From IMG/VR virus record IMGVR_UViG_3300040770_000162: 64,000 nucleotides of DNA. One strand, written 5' to 3'. The notes under the pieces were generated by a model, which saw only the letters and a program-made list of their open reading frames with translations, made no database searches and was not told the DNA's origin. A program made the position numbers and the translations under genes. Position 1 is the first letter of the stretch. Each line of letters opens with the position of its first letter. The DNA is from a virus. This document shows, piece by piece, positions 48,964-57,789 of the stretch.

Positions 48964-50874
48964 TTATTTTTTAACAGGTTTTTCAATAAAATCTTTTAAT
49001 GTGTGATTTATCAAACTTAGTGTATTTAAAGCACTTTTTATATCTTCATTACTTGCCCAATCAGCAAATTCCAAAATAGTTCCATCTATATCTTCAGCAT
49101 GTTTTTCAAAAGATTCAGCAATTAATTCTTTTACAAATATTTCGTCAGCTTCTAAATCTGTAATTTTACTTTCTAATTTTTCAGAATCTACTATATCTTT
49201 TTCAATTTTTGAAATAGCTTCAACTGAACTATCAAACAAAACTTTATTAAATTTAGAATTAATTTTAGCTTCTGGTAAAATAATGACAGATGTTTCTGAT
49301 TTTACAGGTTGTAAATCTTCTCTTTTAGACCATTTAACTAATATTCCGTTATTAAAAGAATATGTTTTTTCAAAACCAAGTTCTGTAAATGTACCAGTAT
49401 ATCTTTTACCATCTAACATTGCAATACTAGGTGTGTTTTCAGTTGCTAGGTTTATTACAGGATGTTTAGACATATGTGATAATGCTTCAAAATCAACATA
49501 TTTAATACCATATTTTAAGTTGTTTTTAAGATTTAAAGCCATTGAATAATCTGCAAAATTTTTTAATAAAACCCCATCTACAAAATAATAAAATGGAACT
49601 GTTGATAGATCTTCATCAAATATAATGTCACCAACTTGTGCAGATAAATTATAAATAAAATAACCTGTATCGTAGTTAAAAGTTAAACCTTTAAAACCAT
49701 TAAACATACTTTGAGCTCCAGCTGTTGCTAACGATACAAATTTAAAACCATAGTTTTTAATATATACAAATACTCCTGAAATTAAAGCACCTCTACTCCA
49801 GTATCTTAAACTTTTATTGTAAACTTTATCTTTATAAAATGAAATTGGGTTAACAGTTAAATCATTGTGTAAATTAGTTAATACAGAAACTGTTGGGGAA
49901 GTGTTAACTGAAGGTTTTGTATCATATATATCATAATAATCATCAGAAAAAGTTTTTTTATAATTTTGACTATATACAATTGCTTCGTTTTGACCTGCGT
50001 TCCTCCGACTTATCTTATGTTTTTCAGCATTTGCAAAATCACCATCAGTAATAATATATACTGTGTTATAGTCAATTTGTGTTTTATCTTTAGCTGTAGC
50101 ACCTAAAACCATTAATCCATTTTTTAGTGATGAAAAAAACATGCTGTTTTCATTTTTACAATAAACATTCATAGGTCTCTCTTCTGTTTCAATAGAAACT
50201 GTTGTACCTTGAGTATGTTTAGATGCTCCAGACCATAAATATAATTTGTTTGGTTCATCAATCCATGTCCAAGCTAGAGCTGCTGCTCCAACATATTCAC
50301 TTAAAACTTTAAAATTTTTAGTCTTGTAAAGTATTTCACCTAATATTTCACTATCAATTTTAGTTCTTGTTATTTCATATGGATGACCACTAGGATAGTG
50401 TTCAGTATATGTAACTTTAGTTTCAATACCATATTTTTTAGCTAAATCTTCATGATTTCTTAAAGTACCATTATGACAAAATATCATACCGTAACTATCA
50501 TTAGCTTTATTAGCACCAAATCCAAATGGATGAGCATTATGTTCATTTATTGCCATACCTTGACTAGGTTGTCTTGTATGACCAATCATAATAGGTGTCT
50601 GTATAGGTTTAATTTCTCTATCAACAATAAAATCTGTATATAGTTTGTCAAAACCGATACCATATTGTACATCACCATCCCAAGATAAACCACAAGACAT
50701 TTTACCACGTTCAATATTATAAATTCCTAAAATATGAACACCATTAACATCTAAGTTTTCAGGTGTATTTGTGGCTTGACCAAAAATACCACAGTTTAAA
50801 GAATTAGATTTGTAACCAAATATAAAATTACTAATGTATTGTAATAATGTTAATATTAAAATTATTTTTACCAT
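48964..50874 (-). CDS. class-II (Ntn) glutamine amidotransferase-like protein with propeptide and C-terminal extension
   Basis: NCGIFG nucleophile motif after 27 hydrophobic residues, then GHTRQPSQG, NAHPF, CHNGTLRNH and DSEILGE. About 350 aa at the C-terminus are unassigned. Confidence 0.6.
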   Translation of the reverse strand: MVKIILILTLLQYISNFIFGYKSNSLNCGIFGQATNTPENLDVNGVHILGIYNIERGKMSCGLSWDGDVQYGIGFDKLYTDFIVDREIKPIQTPIMIGHTRQPSQGMAINEHNAHPFGFGANKANDSYGMIFCHNGTLRNHEDLAKKYGIETKVTYTEHYPSGHPYEITRTKIDSEILGEILYKTKNFKVLSEYVGAAALAWTWIDEPNKLYLWSGASKHTQGTTVSIETEERPMNVYCKNENSMFFSSLKNGLMVLGATAKDKTQIDYNTVYIITDGDFANAEKHKISRRNAGQNEAIVYSQNYKKTFSDDYYDIYDTKPSVNTSPTVSVLTNLHNDLTVNPISFYKDKVYNKSLRYWSRGALISGVFVYIKNYGFKFVSLATAGAQSMFNGFKGLTFNYDTGYFIYNLSAQVGDIIFDEDLSTVPFYYFVDGVLLKNFADYSMALNLKNNLKYGIKYVDFEALSHMSKHPVINLATENTPSIAMLDGKRYTGTFTELGFEKTYSFNNGILVKWSKREDLQPVKSETSVIILPEAKINSKFNKVLFDSSVEAISKIEKDIVDSEKLESKITDLEADEIFVKELIAESFEKHAEDIDGTILEFADWASNEDIKSALNTLSLINHTLKDFIEKPVKK

Positions 50875-50881
50875 TTTTTTA

Positions 50882-51694
50882 TTATTTATTTAAAATTTTT
50901 ACTTGTGAATTAGTTATTACTTTAATTTTGTTAAGTAATTCTTGAGCCAATTGTTTATTGTTAGTATTAATTGCTTCTACAATATAATCACCTAATTCTT
51001 TAACTTCATCAATTTTGTTTGTATTTAACAAATCAATTGCTTTTAATGTAGTATTCCAAGCCCATTTTAATGATTCATCAGATCTAATCCAAAAGTTTGA
51101 AAGACTACGATATTCAATACCATAATCTCTAAATCTAAAACAACCTGCTTTACCATAAAGTTTTTTACGTTCTGTATCAGGATCTAACAATATAGATTCT
51201 AGTCCTATAGTCGCATCCATAGCTTTAACCATGTCAATTTGTTGTTCTTGTGTAGGATTATCCCAACCAATACTAATATGACCCCCACACACTCTTAAAT
51301 TAGTAGTGCTCAAATCTGCAGGTGTGTTCATACCTTCTTTCCATACATCAAAATCTGGTTCACAACCTGCAAGCCGCGCAATATCATTGTCTAACTCAGA
51401 TTCATCTAATGTAGCAGAAGCATTTATTGCTAATGTACAACCCATTCCAGAAACTAGTACTTCTAAATAATCTTTTACAAAATTATTATGAAATACCCAA
51501 TCACTTACATTCAAACAGGGTGGAATATTGTATTCAATAGCAACATTGTCTTCTTGAATAAAGTGACCATCATCTGAAATCGGTTGGGGTTCCGATTTAG
51601 AACCCCCTATTTTACCAATTGCTGAAATAATTTTACCGTCTTTTTGTAGAAATAATTCTGGATCTGTACCTAAGCTAATATTTTGAATTTTCAT
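50882..51694 (-). CDS. COOH-NH2 ligase type 2-like (phiEco32-like) protein, tentative
   Basis: The N-terminal LGTDPELFL motif and the size fit my recollection of that family. Context with other amide-bond ligases supports it. Confidence 0.4.
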   Translation of the reverse strand: MKIQNISLGTDPELFLQKDGKIISAIGKIGGSKSEPQPISDDGHFIQEDNVAIEYNIPPCLNVSDWVFHNNFVKDYLEVLVSGMGCTLAINASATLDESELDNDIARLAGCEPDFDVWKEGMNTPADLSTTNLRVCGGHISIGWDNPTQEQQIDMVKAMDATIGLESILLDPDTERKKLYGKAGCFRFRDYGIEYRSLSNFWIRSDESLKWAWNTTLKAIDLLNTNKIDEVKELGDYIVEAINTNNKQLAQELLNKIKVITNSQVKILNK

Positions 51695-51700
51695 ATATTT

Positions 51701-52549
51701 TTATTTATTTTTTAAATATCTACTAATTAAATTTAAACACATCATAGACGTATTTTTTTCACAATAACTCCATTCAGGATGTCCTTGAATACATAAAGCC
51801 TTTGTATTTTTATAATACACTATTTCAGGTTCAAGAAAATCAATTGGTAAATCAACTTCTTCATTATCACCGTTTAAATATGTAGTACTTTGAAAAAATT
51901 CTGAATGAGCAATTAATTCATAGTCATTTTTAGGTAAATTAAATGGAAATAACATTTGATGATGTGAGGAAGTCATTACATATTTACTGCCTGTACTGTT
52001 TATAATAATACTATGATCTCTACCATGACCTTCAACGTGTTGAATTAGTTTACCACCACTTAATGCTGTAAGCATTTGGGAACCTCGACATATTCCTAAG
52101 AATAACACTTTACCATAAAAATAGTCATATACTTCACTTTCAATAGTGTCTCTATAACCATTTATACTAGTATATTTACCAACTTTTTCATTATAAAATT
52201 CGGGACTAATATCTTCACCACCTGTAAATAAAACTAAATCTATTTTTACCTCAGTTGGTAATTCTCTAAAATTGTGAACTGTAACTTCAAATTTATTTTC
52301 TAAAAATTTAACATATTCTAAAGATGAACTTCTATCAGCAATTATTATATTTAATTTTTCTTTAATAATTACAAATGATTCATCTAAATATTGAAACACT
52401 GTATTTATTTTATCTTCCATCAAGTCACCTTCAATTTCATCATACATTTTAGCGGTTATACAGCCATTTAAAAGTGATTTTACTATTGATCTATTACTGT
52501 CTTTAGTTATACTGTAATTGTTTAGTATTTCTATTAATTTTGGATTCAT
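51701..52549 (-). CDS. peptidase C26 / class-I amidotransferase-like gamma-glutamyl hydrolase
   Basis: GICRGSQML (Cys nucleophile), SSHHQ, and IQGHPEW (His/Glu). Confidence 0.7.
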   Translation of the reverse strand: MNPKLIEILNNYSITKDSNRSIVKSLLNGCITAKMYDEIEGDLMEDKINTVFQYLDESFVIIKEKLNIIIADRSSSLEYVKFLENKFEVTVHNFRELPTEVKIDLVLFTGGEDISPEFYNEKVGKYTSINGYRDTIESEVYDYFYGKVLFLGICRGSQMLTALSGGKLIQHVEGHGRDHSIIINSTGSKYVMTSSHHQMLFPFNLPKNDYELIAHSEFFQSTTYLNGDNEEVDLPIDFLEPEIVYYKNTKALCIQGHPEWSYCEKNTSMMCLNLISRYLKNK

Positions 52550-53412
52550 TTGTTATTGTTTTTATCAATTAATAATTGTGGTAAAATTTCTGCATATTTT
52601 TTACCTGTAATTTCACCAAAACTTGGTGCAGAACAGCTTTCAAAAATAATCCATTCAGGATTTTCTCTTTCAACACCGTCTTTAGCTCCCTGAACACCTA
52701 CGTCAAATGCGCAAATGTCTAAACCTAAGGCATCTTTAGCTTTAATACAGTCTGCAACAATGTCATCCCAATTTCTAGGTTTTTTAAAAGACGGGTTTTC
52801 TTCTAATATCCAATTACAAACATCATCGTGACGTTGCCAAGTATTTTCTGGAGCATCATTTCTAACTAATTTTCTACAAGAATAAAAACAACCAAATTTA
52901 GTTACGTGTAATCTATATTCTCTAGTCATTTTTACAAACTGTTCAAATATATAACTATTAAGATTTTTATTTGGTAACCAAGCTTCCAATTCTTCTTTAT
53001 TATTAAATTTAGTATTACCAGTACCTCTTGAACCAAAATGAGATTTAGCTACAATGGGATATAAAAATTTAGATAGAGGATCATTACTAGGCTCTTCATT
53101 ATTAAATTTACAACTTAATAAAATACCTTTAAATTCTACATCTTCTCCATAATATAAAGTCCACCAATCAGCAGTTTTAACACTAGCTTGAGTAAACCTC
53201 TCTTTCATTAGCAATTTAGAAGCAGAATTTTTAACAGCTTGTATTGTATTAATTTCAACTCTATCATCCGATTCTGTTGACGATCCAAGTCTTATAACAG
53301 ATCTAAACGGTAATAAAGGTAATGTTTTATTATTAGCTCTCAACACTGAGTGCGAAGGATGACGTGATAAAATCAGGGGTCTAAATAACTTATATTTTTT
53401 TAATTTATTCAT
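52546..53412 (-). CDS. ATP-grasp ligase (RimK-like)
   Basis: KLLMKERF, IVAKSHFGSRGTGN, IFEQFVKMTREYRLHV, and ICAFDVGV...IFESCSAPSFG. Confidence 0.65.
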   Translation of the reverse strand: MNKLKKYKLFRPLILSRHPSHSVLRANNKTLPLLPFRSVIRLGSSTESDDRVEINTIQAVKNSASKLLMKERFTQASVKTADWWTLYYGEDVEFKGILLSCKFNNEEPSNDPLSKFLYPIVAKSHFGSRGTGNTKFNNKEELEAWLPNKNLNSYIFEQFVKMTREYRLHVTKFGCFYSCRKLVRNDAPENTWQRHDDVCNWILEENPSFKKPRNWDDIVADCIKAKDALGLDICAFDVGVQGAKDGVERENPEWIIFESCSAPSFGEITGKKYAEILPQLLIDKNNNK

Positions 53413-54100
53413 TGTTTAAATTTAATAAATGGTTAATTAAAAATATTGAAGCGGGATCTCTACTGTCTTCAACGTGATGTTGTGTCATGTGACATGGATA
53501 AAATGGAAATGTAGTAGCCATTTCAATTTCAAAATCTTTATCGTGTTTTGCAAGAATTGTAACCATGTGAGGTTTAGTTTCTTCATTTATAGTTTGATGA
53601 TGCCTACTGTTAATTTTGTATTCACCTGGTTTATGTTGTGTAATTTCAGAAAATCCTGGAACAATTTCTTGGTTTTCAAATGTAATACCATGCATTAGTT
53701 TACCACCATCATGTGAAGGATTTGTTTCATGCGACATATGTTGATTAAGTTTACCACCTAATGTAACATACATTGATTGCATACCACGGCAAGTACAAAA
53801 GATTGGAATATTTGCAGCCATATATTTAGGTAACAAAATTCTGTCAAATCTTTCTTTTTGCATACAAGGTGTACCTGTAAATATATGAGTATCTTCTTCA
53901 GGTGTTAAATATCTATAAGGATCTACATCTTGACCACCTGGCATTACTAACAAATCTACATCTCTTACGTGATTTTCAAATGGTGAAATTAAAGATACTT
54001 CTCCAAATTGTTGCCAAAAGAATAAATATGATTTAGAAATTCCAAAACTATTTTCACCCGTGAAATGTCCAACTATTGCTATTTTTTTTATATTATTCAT
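53405..54100 (-). CDS. peptidase C26 / class-I amidotransferase-like protein (second copy)
   Basis: VMPGGQDVDPYRY, TCRGMQSM and SRHHQ. The C-terminal His/Glu motif is less clear. Confidence 0.6.
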   Translation of the reverse strand: MNNIKKIAIVGHFTGENSFGISKSYLFFWQQFGEVSLISPFENHVRDVDLLVMPGGQDVDPYRYLTPEEDTHIFTGTPCMQKERFDRILLPKYMAANIPIFCTCRGMQSMYVTLGGKLNQHMSHETNPSHDGGKLMHGITFENQEIVPGFSEITQHKPGEYKINSRHHQTINEETKPHMVTILAKHDKDFEIEMATTFPFYPCHMTQHHVEDSRDPASIFLINHLLNLNNE

Positions 54101-54114
54101 TATTTTTATTTATT

Positions 54115-55113
54115 TTATAAATTGTTAAAAAACCAAGCTCTAGATTTATTTGCAATTAAACTTGCTACTTTTTTCCACTCAATTTGATTTTTAATTAACA
54201 CGTCAGATTCTTCTTTTAATATATCATTACAAATGTATTTTAAAAATTCACATGTTAATTTTTGATTAACTTCTACATTATTATCTTTAATATTTTGTAA
54301 AGCTTGATTTAATCTATTTTCTGTTACTGAATATTCTACAAATTCATTTAAAGAATTTAATTCTTCTTCATTTACAGAGTTTAGAACTTTAACTTTTGAA
54401 ACAGAATGTTTCTCACCTTTAGATTTAAATTTTAAATCTGGATAATCTATTGAAGTAAATACAATTCCTTCACCAATTCCAGAAATATTAAAATATTTAC
54501 CTACAGGACATTCTTCTTCAACTTTAATAGTTAAATCGATTAATTTATTTTGAATTAATTCTGGATTTTCAAAATCAATTTCAACATTATAAGTTGGAAA
54601 TTGTTCAATAATATAAACATTTTGTTTATTAAATAATTCTGAATTAAAATTTAAATTTTCTAAATTAATCCATTTATCATCAATTTTAATTCCAAAAATT
54701 ACAAATATTTTAGGTAATTCTGTTAAAGCAACTCCTTTTTGAATATTACTTCCACACCATTCTCCATAAATAGCAATATATTCTTTAAATTTAAATTTAT
54801 CAAATATTTCACTAAAATCAACGTTACTCATATTTAACATAAATCCAGCATTATCTTGCTGTAAAGATAATTCTCTTTCTCTGGATTGATAAATAATGAA
54901 GTTATTAATATATTTTACTATTCCAGCATTTGTACCATGTAATTTAACAGTTCCTTTAAATTGTAATTTTGGATAATTTGTTAAATGTTGATAAATTGGA
55001 TTTCCTTGCTCATCATTTCCTTGATAATCATGATCAATTTTAACTTTTTTAATAATATTTCTATATTGTTCTATACTTGGATATTTTTTCATATTTTTAA
55101 TTATTTGTAGCAC
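54115..55113 (-). CDS. ATP-dependent RNA ligase (Rnl2-like nucleotidyltransferase)
   Basis: Motif I KLHGTN, motif III-like IYGEWCG, motif IV GEGIVF, motif V KFKSKGEKH. Confidence 0.65.
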   Translation of the reverse strand: MLQIIKNMKKYPSIEQYRNIIKKVKIDHDYQGNDEQGNPIYQHLTNYPKLQFKGTVKLHGTNAGIVKYINNFIIYQSRERELSLQQDNAGFMLNMSNVDFSEIFDKFKFKEYIAIYGEWCGSNIQKGVALTELPKIFVIFGIKIDDKWINLENLNFNSELFNKQNVYIIEQFPTYNVEIDFENPELIQNKLIDLTIKVEEECPVGKYFNISGIGEGIVFTSIDYPDLKFKSKGEKHSVSKVKVLNSVNEEELNSLNEFVEYSVTENRLNQALQNIKDNNVEVNQKLTCEFLKYICNDILKEESDVLIKNQIEWKKVASLIANKSRAWFFNNL

Positions 55114-55507
55114 TTAAATAAAATTTTTCTGTATTCTTAAAATCTACCCAGTCACCTGATTCAACAATAGAATCTTTTAACAATTCATTTACATAAATAT
55201 ATGTAAAAGCTTTACCCCAAGGTGTATCAATTTCAATTCTATCATAAAATGTAGGTTTTCTATCAGCACTATAACCTTCTAAAGTATTTAAATTATTTAA
55301 TACGTTTTCAGTTACTTCATAAACTTCCATTACAACAGAAGTGTTACCGTTTAATTTTAATCCTGGATACGCACTTAAACTATGTAATGTATATTCTGGT
55401 TCTGTTGAAAATATACCTTTATAATCTGAATTAGATAAATAGTAATTATGATTACCCATTGTTTTACGAAGACTGCCATATACAGCCACTAAATATTTTT
55501 TACGCAT
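55097..55507 (-). CDS. gamma-glutamylcyclotransferase (AIG2/GGACT-like)
   Basis: VAVYGSLRKTMGNHNYYL and MEVYEV...LNTLEGY. Confidence 0.65.
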   Translation of the reverse strand: MRKKYLVAVYGSLRKTMGNHNYYLSNSDYKGIFSTEPEYTLHSLSAYPGLKLNGNTSVVMEVYEVTENVLNNLNTLEGYSADRKPTFYDRIEIDTPWGKAFTYIYVNELLKDSIVESGDWVDFKNTEKFYLSATNN

Positions 55508-55508
55508 A

Positions 55509-55940
55509 TTATTTTATTAATTTTAATCCTTCTTGTAGTCCTTCTTCTAAAACTTTTTCGTAAGACTCATCTGTAAGGTTTCCTTTTGTGTTTATGTATC
55601 TTGAAAACTTATCCCTTGATAGAGACCAACCTTTGGTAGGAGGATACAGTACTGTATAGGAGTATTTTGCATTTACCTCGGTATGTGTAGTTACAAAAAC
55701 TTTAATGTTATGAATTTCTCTTAACCATTTTTGAAGCAGGGTTTGAGTTGGTCGTGAATAAAATTTAACAGTTGAATTTTTTCCAAAGTTGTTAAAATCA
55801 AATTCACTTAATGATTTGCTATATTGTTTTATTTCTGTTTTACAAGAAATTGTAGTAGCTATTGAGCAAGATACTTCGCAGTCAAACTCTTTTTCTTTAG
55901 CTAATTTAGCTGTTTCAAATGTTATTAATTGTTCTTTCAT
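55509..55940 (-). CDS. hypothetical protein
   Basis: 143-aa ORF lying between the two GGCT-like genes. Confidence 0.55.
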   Translation of the reverse strand: MKEQLITFETAKLAKEKEFDCEVSCSIATTISCKTEIKQYSKSLSEFDFNNFGKNSTVKFYSRPTQTLLQKWLREIHNIKVFVTTHTEVNAKYSYTVLYPPTKGWSLSRDKFSRYINTKGNLTDESYEKVLEEGLQEGLKLIK

Positions 55941-55942
55941 TT

Positions 55943-56434
55943 TTAAACTTTTAAACTGTTAATATGCTCAATCCAATCACCATCAATTATTAATTCTTTT
56001 GAATCTTGTTCAGTAATTGATATATAAAGTGTAATATTACCAAATGGTGAAACTAAAGTTTTTTTTGTATATTCTTGAGGATAATCTTCAAATTCTGCAT
56101 AATAACAGTATTCTTTTTCAATTTTAATTAAAGAAGATTCATTAACTTCCCACACTTCAATTTTAATGGAAGAATTACCATTTTCTTGAATAACACAATT
56201 GTTATCATTTTCTACATAATACATGTTATAAATAGGTTCTGTTGAAAATGTACCTATTAATTTACATGTAGGTTCTGGTAACAAACTATTTAATATGCCA
56301 TCTTTTCTAAAATGATCGTAAATACCTACTAAATGTTTTTTTTCCATTTTTGATTGTTTTGTTAATTCTCTGCGTTCTTTTTTTAACTCCGCTTTTGTTT
56401 TATAACCTGGAGATCTTTTATTAGTTTTTCTCAT
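55943..56434 (-). CDS. degenerate GGCT-like paralog with basic N-terminal tail
   Basis: LVGIYDHFRKDGILNSLL and IKIEVWEV...IEKEYCY parallel 55097-55507, but YGSL and EGY are altered. It has a 30-aa Lys/Arg-rich N-terminus. Confidence 0.4.
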   Translation of the reverse strand: MRKTNKRSPGYKTKAELKKERRELTKQSKMEKKHLVGIYDHFRKDGILNSLLPEPTCKLIGTFSTEPIYNMYYVENDNNCVIQENGNSSIKIEVWEVNESSLIKIEKEYCYYAEFEDYPQEYTKKTLVSPFGNITLYISITEQDSKELIIDGDWIEHINSLKV

Positions 56435-56446
56435 TTATAATTATTT

Positions 56447-57472
56447 TTAAAAAGGTAATAATGTTTCACGAAATAGTATTTCATTTGCGATTTCTTTACC
56501 AAAATTCTTTACTAGATCTGAAAAGTCTTTAGATTCATATTTACTTGGTATAAAACTATCAACTAATCCAAATTCTGTAGCAAATTTATCTGCAAATATT
56601 CTACCCCAATTAGGGTTTTTATCAAAATCATTATCATATAATAATTCAATATCTGTGAACCTTGATTTTAATTGTTCAAATATATGTCTTTTTGGCAAAA
56701 CATTTTCAGATTGCATTGCAATAGCTGGTAATTTAGCAACTTCATATAAACACATTACATCTTTTAAAGATTTAGTTATAATTAAAGTTTCACCTTTCTC
56801 AGGCAATTGTGTCCAACCTTGCCATACTGAATTATTGTGATTGTTAATCCATTTGTAATTTTCATTAAATGGTTGATATATTTTATAAGTTTCAATACCG
56901 TCTTTCATTTCAATAAAGCAATATGTGTATTTATCTGCAGGGAAACATTTGTCACCTATAAATATAAAACTTATTGGTTGTACATTAAAAAATTCTAAGG
57001 TTTGTTTACCAATACCGTATTGTCTCCAAAATAATACATCGTGTGATTGCCATTCTCTAGCTTTTTTACCAAGATAATAACCTGTATATTTAGACAACAT
57101 ATCATCTTTGACAATTCTAACTTTATCTTTATCACTAGCACTTTTAGGATATATTTTACAAACATAGTCATCTTGAAGATTAAAATCATTTGCTACTTTA
57201 CTTAAAGCTTCAAAATATGTCAAACCATCACGTAGTCTTAAAAATTGTATAAAATCACCTTTTCCAAGCTTAAAATCATTAAAACATACTTCATTACCTT
57301 CTCCAACAAAAAATCCAAATGAAGGGTTCTTTTCACGTCTTAAAGGAGATAATATTAACTTACCTAGACTAACTTCATCTTCTATATAATGCTGAAATAT
57401 TTCTAATTCATTAAAGTATTTTAATATTTCAGATTTAGATATTAATTGTTTTTCTTTATTTAAATCAAACAT
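56447..57472 (-). CDS. DnaG/TOPRIM-type DNA primase with degenerate zinc-binding region
   Basis: REKNPSFGFF...CFNDFKLGKGDFIQFL aligns to the primase zinc ribbon but keeps only one Cys. TOPRIM-like LIITKSLKD and LYDNDFD follow. Confidence 0.6.
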   Translation of the reverse strand: MFDLNKEKQLISKSEILKYFNELEIFQHYIEDEVSLGKLILSPLRREKNPSFGFFVGEGNEVCFNDFKLGKGDFIQFLRLRDGLTYFEALSKVANDFNLQDDYVCKIYPKSASDKDKVRIVKDDMLSKYTGYYLGKKAREWQSHDVLFWRQYGIGKQTLEFFNVQPISFIFIGDKCFPADKYTYCFIEMKDGIETYKIYQPFNENYKWINNHNNSVWQGWTQLPEKGETLIITKSLKDVMCLYEVAKLPAIAMQSENVLPKRHIFEQLKSRFTDIELLYDNDFDKNPNWGRIFADKFATEFGLVDSFIPSKYESKDFSDLVKNFGKEIANEILFRETLLPF

Positions 57473-57473
57473 T

Positions 57474-57668
57474 TTATTCGTTAATTAAAGTTAATGTTTT
57501 TTTAACTGTTTTATTTTTATAAACAGAACATTGAAAATTATTAGTTTGACCTTTACAAAATATATGTGTACAATTTTTAACTAACATTGATTCAGTAAAA
57601 TCTTCTGGCTTTTCACAAACATTACAATATTCTTGAATTTCTTCTTTTATTATTTTATTTGATTCCAT
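57474..57668 (-). CDS. small Cys-rich zinc-ribbon-like protein
   Basis: CNVC-x14-CTHIFC plus one more Cys, 64 aa. It ends 1 nt before the primase ATG. Confidence 0.45.
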   Translation of the reverse strand: MESNKIIKEEIQEYCNVCEKPEDFTESMLVKNCTHIFCKGQTNNFQCSVYKNKTVKKTLTLINE

Positions 57669-57693
57669 AATTTTTTAATTTTAGTTAATATTG

Positions 57694-57762
57694 AGGTTGA
57701 GGTGGGAATCGAACCCACCACTAACTCCATTACAGAGCCTGTTAACCTACTTCCACTCAACC
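57694..57762 (-). tRNA. tRNA-like element, isotype unresolved (Leu-UAA or Tyr-GUA registers possible)
   Basis: Acceptor GGTTGAG/CTCAACC, U8, T arm GTGGG-TTCGATT-CCCAC, and stem GGCTC/GAGTT closing loop TGTAATG. I could not fold the D arm by hand. Confidence 0.5.
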
Positions 57763-57789
57763 ACCAGAGATTAAATCCCTAATTTATTA

